Assembly: GCA_032718475.1 (NCBI GenBank)
Contig: JAUCBJ010003188.1
Span: 1-46,597 of the forward strand
Length of the DNA: 46,597 nucleotides
Source of the DNA: Nemertoderma westbladi
Taxonomy: Eukaryota > Animalia > Xenacoelomorpha
Direction of reading: 5' to 3'
Shown: one piece after another, positions 35,657 through 46,597 of the stretch
Position numbering within the stretch: position 1 is the stretch's first letter
Layout: every line of letters begins with the position of its first letter
Program-made: the position numbers and the translations under genes
The notes under the pieces: model-generated
Seen by the model: only the letters and a program-made list of their open reading frames with translations
Database searches by the model: none
What the model was told of the DNA's origin: nothing

Positions 35657-38226
35657 CTAGAAAGCCTGTGGCCCTTCGGGCCACAGCTTTCTAGTGCATG
35701 TGCAGATTATATATGAATATGTGTGGGAGATTGGAGAACTGCATACGGAACAGACACCATCATTAAATAAAACACCACCCCCATAAGAGATAACTGTCAA
35801 GTTTCAACTTTAGGCAGATTGTAAATAACAAAATTTCCAGAAAATGATCACTTTCAGATCCACCCTCTACCTGCGGACTGGTGAAATGCAGACGACGCTG
35901 CAGTTTGGTAAAGATGGGGTTTATGGTGAAGTAAAATGCCTGCCTTTCAAGTTTCAGCTTAAACAGATTGTAAATAACAAAATTGGTGTAGATGTTCACA
36001 TTCAGACATTTCACCCTCTAGCGGTAGACTGAAGAACTGAAGACGACTCTGGGACTCCGTAAAGATACAGAATATGCTGTAGTAGATTCCTGCCAAGTTC
36101 CAGCTCAAAGGGATTAAAAAGAACCAATTGGGATGAGGTGTTCACTAACAGACAATTCGCCCTCTAGCGGCAGATAGGGGAACTGTATACAACTCTGCGA
36201 CTCAGTAAATGTAGAGCCTATGCTGTAGTAGATGCCTACCAAGTTTCAGTCTAAACCGTTTGTAAATAACAAAGTTGGAGAAGATGTTAACTTTCAGACA
36301 TTTCACCCTCTAGCGGTAGACCGGGGAAGTGTATAGGACTCTGCAACTCCGTAAAGATAGAGCCTATGATGTAGTAGATACCAACCAAGTTTCAGCTCAA
36401 AATGATTAAAAAGAACCAAATGGGATGAGGTTTTCACTATCAGACAATTCGCCCTCTTGCGGCTGACTGTGGAACTGTAGACAACTCTACTACTCCGCAA
36501 AGATATAGCCTATGCTATAGTAGATGCCTACCAAGTTTCAGTCTAAAAGGATTGTAAATAACAAAGTTGGAGAAGATGTTAACTTTCATACATTTCGCCC
36601 TCTAGCGGCAGACGCGGGTACTGTAGACAACTCTGCGCGACTCAGTAAAGATATAGCCTATGCTGTAGTAGATGCCTACCAAGTTCAGTCTAAATGGATT
36701 ATAAATAACAAAGTTGGAGAAGATGTTAACTTTCAGACATTTCGCCCTCTAGCGGTAGACCGGGGAATTGTAGACGACTCTGCTACTCAGTAAAGATACA
36801 GTCTATGCTGTAGTAGATGCCTACCAAGTTTCAGTCTAAACGGATTGTAAATAACAAAGTTGGAGAAGATGTTAACTCTCAGACATTTAGCCCTCGAACG
36901 GTAGACTGGGGAAGTGTATAGGACTCTGCAACTCCGTAAAGATAGAGCCTAGGATGTAGTAGATACCTGCCAAGTTTCAGCTCAAAAGGATTAAAAATCA
37001 CCAAATGGGATGAGGTTTTCACTATCAGACAATTCGCCCTCTAGCGGCTGACTGTGGAACTGTAGACGACTCTACTACTCCGCAAAGATATAGCCTATGC
37101 TATAGTAGATGCCTACCAAGTTCAGTCTAAACGGATTATAAATAACAAAGTTGGAGAAGATGTTAACTTTCAGACATTTCGCCCTCTAGAGGTAGACTGG
37201 GGAATTGTAGACGACTCTGCGACTCAGTAAAGATACAGCCTATGCTGTAGTAGATGCCTACCAAGTTCAGTCTAAACGGGTTGTAAATGACAAAGTTGGA
37301 GAAGATGTTAACTTTCAGACATTTCGCCCTCTAGCGGTAGACTGGGGAATTGTAGACGACTCTGCGACTCAGTAAAGATACAGCCTATGCTGTAGTAGAT
37401 GCCTACCAAGTTCAGTCTAAACGGATTGTAAATGACAAAGTTGGAGAAGATGTTAGACGGCTCTGAGTATTACGTTGCAACGAGTTAGGGCGAGACCTAT
37501 CTAACGAGCTATAGTAAGCGAGATTTCATCGAGATTAGATGTATAATATTAGATAAAATAATAATACAGTAGGTACAGGCCTACAGAAATAATTATTTTA
37601 CTTTTAATATTCATAACAGTAAAACAAAAATGTTATAAACCTCTCCTTCCATGCAGCCAATGATTGAGAAAGCAGAATTACTCTGAGCAATTCGCAACAG
37701 ATAACCCAAACCCACCCCAATCAACACTCCAGCCTGCTTGCTCCTTATCTGTGCCCAGCCAGCTAGCTGCGAGTTCATTAATTACCTTAACGTTGCTATG
37801 ATACAGAAAACAATCCTTCCCTATTCAATACCAATAGGCCAATTCGATCGTGCTTGGCGAATATGACATATTTATACACTATTTGATTTTTAATCAATAA
37901 ATAATCATACATATTTATATTAAACACTCGAATAAAATAAAAACTTTGTGAGAATGGGACACGGCGAATCTACCCATGTTAATTTTATACCAGGTGGGAT
38001 AAATGTTAGCCCTCTAAATCATTAATTACCGATAGAAGAACCGAAATAATTCGATAAATTTCGCCCGAAAATCACGAAAATCGCCCTCTAGCGGCAGACG
38101 GGTGAACTTCAGACGACTCTGAGTATTACGTTGCAACGAGTTAGAGCGAGACCTTTCTAACGAGCTATAGCAAGCGAGATTTCATCGAGATGGGTTCGAT
38201 TGTATAGCCGATCCCCGACACAACAC

Positions 38227-38286
<60 letters not shown>

Positions 38287-38315
38287 TCGATATTTATATA
38301 TATTAGATAGATAGA
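35657..38315 (-). mobile_element. non-autonomous Helitron C1 with 146-147 bp monomers and an (ACAG)n tract
   Basis: hairpin GTGGCCC-TTC-GGGCCAC; anchors at 36310, 36456, 36602 and 36749; (ACAG)n at ~38227-38285. Confidence 0.88.
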
Positions 38316-38320
38316 CTAGA

Positions 38321-40310
38321 CTAGAAAGCCAGTGGCCCTTCGGGCCACGGCTTTCTAGTTCACAAGCCTATTCACCATTCCAAACATTAATTAATTAATT
38401 AACTTAACAAAACTTCATATGATTGAGAGTGTTCTCTCAAACAAAAGGACTGATGCTGTTTTACTTTTCAGATATCTACACTGTTCAACGTCCTTCACAT
38501 AGATGCAGCCTTATGATGTAGTACAGTAGACCTCTGACAATTATCAGCGTAAAAGCATTTTTAATAAATAAATGTGAGAATGTTTTTACTTTTCAGATTC
38601 AGATTTTTCGCACCCTAGCAGTAGACTGGAAATCCGCAGACTGGTTAGCGTCCTCCCCATACAAACAGCCTATGGTCAAGCATGCCTTTCCCAAGTATAA
38701 GCAAAAAAGCATTAGAAACAACGAAATGGGAGAAGGATTTCACTTGAGACATTTCACCCTCTAGCGGCAGACTGAGAAATTGCAGATTGGTCAGAGTTTT
38801 CCACAAACACGCAGTCTATGGTGTAGTAGACCTCTGACAAGTATCAGCCTAAAAGCATTAGAAACAACGAAACGGGATAAGGTTTTCACTTTCAGACATT
38901 TCGCCCCCTAGCGGCCGAATGGAGAACTGCAGTTTGTTAGGCGTCTTACCTAGACACACACCCTATGGTGTACTACACATCTGGCAAGTGTCAGCCTGAA
39001 ATCATATTAATAACGAAATGGGATAAGGTTTTCACTTTCAGACATTTGGCCCCCAAGCGGTAGACTGGATAAATGCAGACTGGTTCTAGCTCCTCCCCAA
39101 ACACACAGTCTATGGTGTAGTAGACCTCTGACAAGTATCAGCAAAAAAGCATTATAAACAATGAAATGCATAAAGGTTTTCACTTTCAGACATTGCGCCC
39201 CCTAGCGGCAGACAGAGCTATTGCAGATTGGTCTTAGTTCTCCACAAACACGCAGTCTTTGATGTAGTAGACCTCTGACAAGTATCAGCCTAAAAACATT
39301 AGAAACATCAAAATGGGATAAGGTTTTCACGTTCAGACATTTCGCCCCCTAGCGGCCAAATGGAGAACTGCAGTTTGTTCGGCGTCTTACGTAGACACAC
39401 ACCCTATGGTGTAATACAAATCTGCCAAGTGTCAGCCTAAAAGCATTATTAATAACGAAATGGGATAAGGTTTTCACTTTCAGACATTTGGCCCCCTAGC
39501 GGTAGACTGGAGAAATGCAGACTGGTTCTAGCTCCTCCCCAAACACGCAGTCTTGGTGTAGTAGACCTCTGCCAAGTATCAGCAAAAAAGCAGTATAAAC
39601 AACGAAATGGGTGAAGGTTTTCACTTTCAGACATTGTGCCCCCTACCGGCAGACAGATGAATTTCAGATTATTCAGAGTTCTCTACAAACACGCAGTCTG
39701 TGGTGTAGTCGACTTCTGCCAAGTATCAGCAAAAAAGCATTATAAACAACGAAATGGGATAAGGTTTTCACTTTCAGATATTGCTCCCCCTAGCGGCAGA
39801 CTGGAGAATTGCAGATTGGTCAGCATCCTCCGAAAACACACAGCCTATGGTGTAGTAGACCTCTGCTACGTATCAGCTAAAAGGCATTAATAATAACGAA
39901 ATGGGAGAAGGTTTTCAGTTTCTGACATTTCGCCCCCTAGCGGCAGACTGGAGAGCTGCAGATTGATCAGTGTCTTCCCAAACACACAGTCTATGGTCAG
40001 GAACGTATCTGCAAAGTATCATTTAGAACAGATCGAGTCTGATGGTGCAACCGCTGTTATAGAGTTTCCTACAGAATGAACTGCTAGGCCTACTACTGCG
40101 CTACCGGTACCAAATTCACGAAATCTGCATTCACGCAAACAAACGCGTAAAATAAGACTCGAGATAGCGACAGTGCACGTGCTCGTGACGAGAGCTTTCG
40201 TTCGATGTATCGCGAGCTCAGATTGGTGCTTGTGTGTAGAAACGTATAGCTTGGACAGACAAACAAACAAACAGACAGACAGACAGACACATGATATTTA
40301 TATATATAGA
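38321..40310 (-). mobile_element. non-autonomous Helitron B2 (~10 monomers)
   Basis: near-identical to B1 apart from the MITE and about 3 monomers. Confidence 0.88.
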
Positions 40311-42298
40311 CTAGAAAGGGACAGCTTTCTAGTGCACGTGCAGATGATATATGAATATGTGTGGGAGATTTGAGAACTGCATACGGAACAGACACCATCA
40401 TTAAATAAAACACCACCCCCATAAGAGATAACTGTCAAGTTTCAACTTTAGGCAGATTGTAAATAACAAAATTTCCAGAAAATGATCACTTTCAGATCCA
40501 CCCTCTACCTGCGGACTGGTGAAATGCAGACGGCGCTGCAGTTTGGTAAAGATGGGGTTTATGGTGAAGTAAAATGCCTGCCTTTCAAGTTTCAGCTTAA
40601 ACAGATTGTAAATAACAAAATTGGTGTAGATGTTCATATTTAAACATTTCACCCTCTAGCGGTAGACTGAAGAACTGTAGACGACTCTAGGACTCCGTAA
40701 AGATACAGAATATGCTGTAGTAGATTCCTGCCAAGTTCCAGCTCAATAGGATTAAAAAGAACCAAATGGGATGAGGTGTTCACTATCAGATATTTCGCCC
40801 TCTAGCGTCAAATGGGGGGACTGTATACAACTCTGCGAATCCGTAAAGGTACAGCCTATGTTGTAGTAGATGCCTACCAAGTTTCAGTCTAAACCGTTAG
40901 TAAATTTCAAAGTTGGAGAAGATGTTAACTTTCAGACATTTCACCCTCTAGCGGTAGACTGGGGAAGTGTATAGGACTCTGCAACTCCGTAAAGATACAG
41001 CGTATGATGTAGTAGATACCTGCCAAGTTTCACCTCAAAAGGATTAAAAAGAACCAAATGGGATGAGGTTTTCACTATCAGACAATTCCCCCTCTAGCGG
41101 CTGACTGTGGAACTGTAGACGACTCTACTACTCCACAAAGATATAGCCTATGCTATAGTAGATGTCTACCAAGTTTCAGTCTAAAAGGATTGTAAATAAC
41201 AAAGTTGGAGGAGATATTAAGTTTCATACATTTCGCCCTCTAGCGGCAGACGCGGGTAATGTAGACAACTCTGCGCGACTCAGTAAAGATATAGCCTATG
41301 CTGTAGTAGATGCCTACCAAGTTCAGTCTAAATGGATTATAAATAACAAAGTTGGAGAAGATGGTAACTTTCAGACATTTCACCCTCTAGCGGTAGACTG
41401 GGGAAGTGTATAGGACTCTGCAACTCCGTAAAGATAGAGCCTAGGATGTAGTAGATACCTGCCAAGTTTCAGCTCAAAAGGATTAAAAAGAACCAAATGG
41501 GATGAGGTTTTCACTATCAGACAATTCGCCCTCTTGCGGCTGACTGTGGAACTGTAGACGACTCTACTACTCCGCAAAGATATAGCCTATGCTATAGTAG
41601 ATGCCTACCAAGTTTCAGTCTAAAAGGTTTGTAAATAACAAAGTTGGAGAAGATGTTAACTTTCATACATTTCGCCCTCTAGCGGCAGACGCGGGTACTG
41701 TAGACAACTCTGCGCGACTCAGTAAAGATATAGCCTATGCTGTAGTAGATGCCTACCAAGTTCAGTCTAAATGGATTAAAATAACAAAGTTGGAGAAGAT
41801 GTTAACTTGCAGACATTTCGCCCTCTAGCGGTAGACTGGGAAATTGTAGACGACTCTGCGACTCAGTAAAGATTCAGCCTATGCTGTAGTAGATGCCTAC
41901 CAAGTTTCAGTCAAAACGGATTGTAAATAATAAAGTTGGAGAAGATGTTAACTCTCAGACATTTAGCCCTCTAACGGTAGACTGGGGAACTGTAGACAAC
42001 CCAGTGACTCCGGAAATATACAGCCTATGCTGCAGTATATAGCTACCACGTTTCAGCTCAAAAGCATTAAAAACAACCCTATAAGATCAGGTTTTCACTA
42101 TCGGATAATTCGCCCTCTAGCGGCAGACGGTGGAACTTCAGACGGCTCTGAGTATTACGTTGCAACGAGTTAGGGCGAGACCTATCTAACGAGCTATAGT
42201 AAGCGAGATTTCATCGAGATTAGATGTATAATATTAGATAAAATAATAATACAGTAAGTATAGGCCTACAGAAATAATTATTTTACTTTTAATATTCA
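40311..42298 (-). mobile_element. non-autonomous Helitron C2; terminal hairpin deleted; interrupted by C3
   Basis: ctagaaagGGacagctttctag instead of the full hairpin; stops at aatattcA|ctag. Confidence 0.85.
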
Positions 42299-44565
42299 CT
42301 AGAAAGCCTGTGGCCCTTCGGGCCACAGCTTTCTAGTGCACCTGCAGATGATATATGACTATGTGTGGGAGATTTGAGAACTGCATATGGAACAGACACC
42401 ATCATTAAATAAAACACCACCCCCATAAGAGATAACTGTCAAATTTCAACTTTAGGCAGATTGTAAATAACAAAATTTCCAGAAAATGATCACTTTCAGA
42501 TCGACTCCGTAAAGGTACAGCCTATGCTGTAGTAGATGCCTACCAAGTTTCAGTCTAAACCGTTAGTAAATAACAGTAGACTGGGGAAGTGTATAGGACT
42601 CTGCAACTCCCTAAAGATACAGCCTATGATGTAGTAGATACCTGCCAAGTTTTAGCTCAAAAAGATTAAAAAGAACCAAATGGGATGAGGTTTTCACTAT
42701 CAGACAATTCGCCCTCTAGCGGCTGACTGTGGAACTGTAGACGTCTCTACTACTCCGCAAAGATATAGCCTATGCTATAGTAGATGCCTACCAAGTTTCA
42801 GTCTAAAAGGATTGTAAATAACAAAGTTGGAGGAGATGTTAACTTTCATACATTTCGCCCTCTAGCGGCAGACGCAGGTAATGTAGACAACTCTGCGCGA
42901 CTCAGTAAAGATAAAGCCTATGCTGTAGTAGATGCCTACCAAGTTTCAGTCTAAACGGATTGTAAATAACAAAGTTGGAGAAGATGTTAACTCTCAGACA
43001 TTTAGCCCTCTAACGGTAGACTGGGGAACTGTAGACAAATCAGTGACTCCGGAAATATACAGCCTATGCTGCAGTATATAGCTACCAAGTTTCAGCTCAA
43101 AAGCATTAAAAATAACAAAGTTGGAGAAGATGTTAACTTTCAGACATTTCGCCCTCTAGCGGTAGACTGGGGAATTGTAGACGACTCTACAACTCCGCAA
43201 AGATATAGCCTATGCTATAGTAGATGCCTACCAAGTTTCAGTCTAAAAGGATTGTAAATAACAAAGTTGGAGAAGATGTTACCTTTCATACATTTCGCCC
43301 TCTAGCGGCAGACGCGGGTACTGTAGACAACCCTGCGCGACTCAGTAAAGATATAGCCTATGCTGTAGTAGATGCCTACCAAGTTCAGTCTAAATGGATT
43401 ATAAATAACAAAGTTGGAGAAGATGTTAACTTGCAGACATTTCGCCCTCTAGCGGTAGACTGGGAAATTGTACACGACTCTGCGACTCAGTAAAGATTCA
43501 GCCTATGCTGTAGTAGATGCCTACAAAGTTTCAGTCAAAACGGATTGTAAATAATAAAGTTGGAGAAGATGTTAACTCTCAGACATTTAGCCCTCTAACG
43601 GTAGACTGGGGAACTGTGGACAACTCAGTGACTCCGGAATTATAAAGCCTATGCTGCTGCTGCAGTATATAGCAACCAAGTTTCAGCTCAAAAGCATTAA
43701 AAACAACCCAATGAGATCAGGTTTTCAGTATCGGACAATTCGCCCTCTGGCGGCAGACAGGGGAACTTCAGACGGCTCTGAGTATTACGTTGCAACGAGT
43801 TAGGGCGAGACCTATCTAACGAGCTATAGTAAGCGAGATTTCATCAAGATTAGATGTATAATATTAGATAAAATAATAATACAGTAAGTACAGGCGTAGA
43901 GAAATAATTATTTTACTTTTAATATTCATAACAGTAAAACAAAAATGTTATAAACCTCTCCTTCCATGCAGCCAATGATTGAGAAAGCAGAATTACTCTG
44001 AGCAATTCGCAATAGACAACCCAAACCCACCCCAATCAACACTCCAGCCTGCTTGCTCCTTATCTGTGCCCAGCCAGCTAGCTGCGAGTTCAATAATTAC
44101 CTTAACTTTGCTATGATACAGAAAACAATCCTTCCCTATTCAATACCAATAGGCCAATTCGATCGTGCTTGGCGAATATGACATATTTATACACTATTTG
44201 GTTTTTAATCAATAAATAATCATACATATTTATATTAAACACTCGAATAAAATAAAAACTTTGTGAGAATGGGACACGGCGAATCTACCCATGTTAATTT
44301 TATACCAGGTGGGATAAATGTTAGCCCTCTAAATAATTAATTACCGATAGAAGAACCGAAATAATTCGATAAATTTAGCCCGAAAATAACGAAAATCGCC
44401 CTCTAGCGGCAGACGGGCGAACTTCAGACGACTCTGAGTATTACGTTGCAACGAGTTAGAGCGAGACCTTTCTAACGAGCTATAGCACGCGAGATTTCAT
44501 CGAGATGGGTTCGATTGTATAGCCGATGACAAACACACAGACAATCGATATTTATATATATTAGA
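42299..44565 (-). mobile_element. non-autonomous Helitron C3 (internal deletions near 42503 and 42575)
   Basis: full hairpin-CTAG and tatattaGA termini. Confidence 0.88.
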
Positions 44566-46597
44566 CTAGAAAGCCTGTGGCCCTTCGGGCCACAGCTTTC
44601 TAGTGCACGTGCAGATGATATATGAATATGTGTGGAAGATTGGAGAACTGCATACGGAACAGACACCATCATTAAATAAAACACCACCCCCATAAGAGAT
44701 AACTTTCAAGTTTCAACTTTAGTCAGATTGTAAATAACAAAATTTCCAGAAAATGATCACTTTCAGATCCACCCTCTACCTGCGGACTGGTGAAATGCAG
44801 ACGGCGCTGCAGTTTGGTAAAGGTGGGGTTTATGAAGTAAAATGCCTGCCTTTCAAGTTTCAGCTTAAACAGATTGTAAATAACAAAATTGGTGTAGATG
44901 TTCACATTCAGACTTCTAGCGGTAGACTGAAGAACTGTAGACGACTCTGGGACTCCGTAAAGATACAGAATATGCTGCAGTAGATTCCTGCCAAGTTTCA
45001 GCTCAAAGGGATTAAAGAGAACCAATTGGGATGAGGTGTTCACTATCAGACAATTCGCCCTCTAGCGGCAGATAGGGGAACTGTATACAACTCTGCGACT
45101 CCGTAAAGGTAGAGCCTATGCTGTAGTAGATGCCTACCAAGTTTCAGTCTAAACCGTTTGTAAATAACAAAGTTGGAGAAGATGTTAATTTTCAGACATT
45201 TCACCCTCTAGCGGTAGACTGGGGAAGTGTATAGGACTCTGCAACTCCGTAAAGATAGAGCCTAGGATGTAGTAGATACCTGCCAAGTTTCAGCTCAAAA
45301 GGATTAAAAAGAACCAAATGGGATGAGGTTTTCACTATCAGACAATTCGCCCTCTTGCGTCTGACTGTGGAACTGTAGACGACTCTACTACTCCGCAAAG
45401 ATATAGCCTATGCTATAGTAGATGCCTACCAAGTTTCAGTCTAAAAGGATTGTAAATAACAAAGTTGGAGAAGATGTTAACTTTCATACATTTCGCCCTC
45501 TAGCGGCAGACGCGGGTACTGTAGACAACTCTGCGCGACTCAGTAAAGATATAGCCTATGCTGTAGTAGATGCCTACCAAGTTCAGTCTAAATGGATTAT
45601 AAATAACAAAGTTAGAGAAGATGTTAACTTGCAGACATTTCGCCCTCTAGCGGTAGACTGGGAAATTGTAGACGACTTTGCGACTCAGTAAAGATTCAGC
45701 CTATGCTGTAGTAGATGCCTACCAAGTTTCAGTCAAAACGGATTGTAAATAATAAAGTTGGAGAAGATGTTATCTCTCAGACATTTAGCACTCTAACGGT
45801 AGACTGGGGAACTGTAGACCACCCAGTGACTCCGGAAATATACAGCCTATGCTGCAGTATATAGCTACCAAGTTTCAGCTCAAAAGCATTAAAAACAACC
45901 CAATAAGATCAGGTTTTCACTATCGGATAATTCGCCCTCTAGCGGCAGACGGGGGAACTTCAGACGGCTCTGAGTATTACGTTGCAACGAGTTAGGGCGA
46001 GACCTATCTAACGAGCTATAGTAAGCGAGATTTCATCGAGATTAGATGTATAATATTAGATAACATAATAATACAGTAAGTATAGGCCTATAGAAATAAT
46101 TATTTTTACTTTTAATATTCATAACAGTAAAACAAAAATGTTATAAACCTCTCCTTCCATGCAGCCAATGATTGAGAAAGCAGAATTACTACAACCCAAA
46201 CCCACCCCAATCAACACTCCAGCCTGCTTGCTCCTTATCTGTGCCCAGCCAGCTAGCTGCGAGTTCAATAATTACCTTAAGGTTGCTACAGAAAACAATC
46301 CTTCCCTATTCAATAACAATAGGCCAATTCGATCGTGCTTGGCGAATATGACATATTTATACACTATTTGTTTTTTAATCAATAAATAATCATACATATT
46401 TATATTAAACACTCGAATAAAATAAATACTTTGTGAGAATGGGACACGGCGAATCTACCCATGTTAATTTTATACCAGGTGGGATAAATGTTAGCCCTCT
46501 AAATCATTAATTACCGATAGAAGAACCGAAATAATTCGATAAATTTCGCCCGAAAATCACGAAAATCGCCCTCTAGCGGCAGACGGGCGAACTTCAG
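44566..46597 (-). mobile_element. non-autonomous Helitron C4 (runs off the window)
   Basis: hairpin-CTAG end at 44566; C-type monomers. Confidence 0.88.

Larger units (their letters stand above)
29250..46597 (-). promoter_or_regulatory. array of roughly 70 same-orientation CTCF-like motifs, one per ~146-147 bp monomer
   Basis: minus-strand CC(G/A)CTAG(G/A)GGGCG core preceded by T(G/A)CA(G/A)TTC(C/T)-N5; count is by eye and includes degenerate copies. Confidence 0.65.

Noticed and set aside
35010-46389. Recurrent short ORFs (MPTKFQSKR..., MRSSRVVY..., MITFRST...)
   Set aside because: Chance frames in repeated monomers; broken by indels in sister monomers
32511-46597. CRISPR-like array
   Set aside because: Whole 146-147 bp monomers repeat, there are no unique spacers or cas genes, and the context is eukaryotic
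27927-46597. Autonomous Helitron or RepHel gene
   Set aside because: No long ORF and no HUH or helicase motifs

Overview
AT-rich, transposon-dense eukaryotic DNA, probably from an invertebrate animal (inferred from the repeat families and the animal-type PAF-acetylhydrolase); it is not prokaryotic and has no CRISPR or rRNA. 1-6.2 kb: a minus-strand BEL/Pao LTR retrotransposon gag-pol (DUF1759-like gag, 3 zinc knuckles, DSG protease, YMDD RT, RNase H) that runs off the left edge and is broken by one frameshift and one stop, with a ~3.8 kb upstream leader. 10-21 kb: two intronless orphan ORFs sharing an unfamiliar tandem Cys-rich domain, interleaved with MITEs, foldback elements and Ty3/gypsy debris. 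22.8-24.2 kb: an uninterrupted PAF-acetylhydrolase ORF. 27.9 kb to the end: at least eight non-autonomous Helitrons from three subfamilies, all on the minus strand (5'-TC...hairpin-CTAG-3'), joined head to tail or nested. Each carries a ~146-147 bp tandem array, and nearly every monomer holds a same-orientation CTCF-like motif (core plus upstream module). This Helitron-borne, nucleosome-length CTCF-motif array is the best candidate for an undescribed system. All calls were made by eye; no database searches were run.
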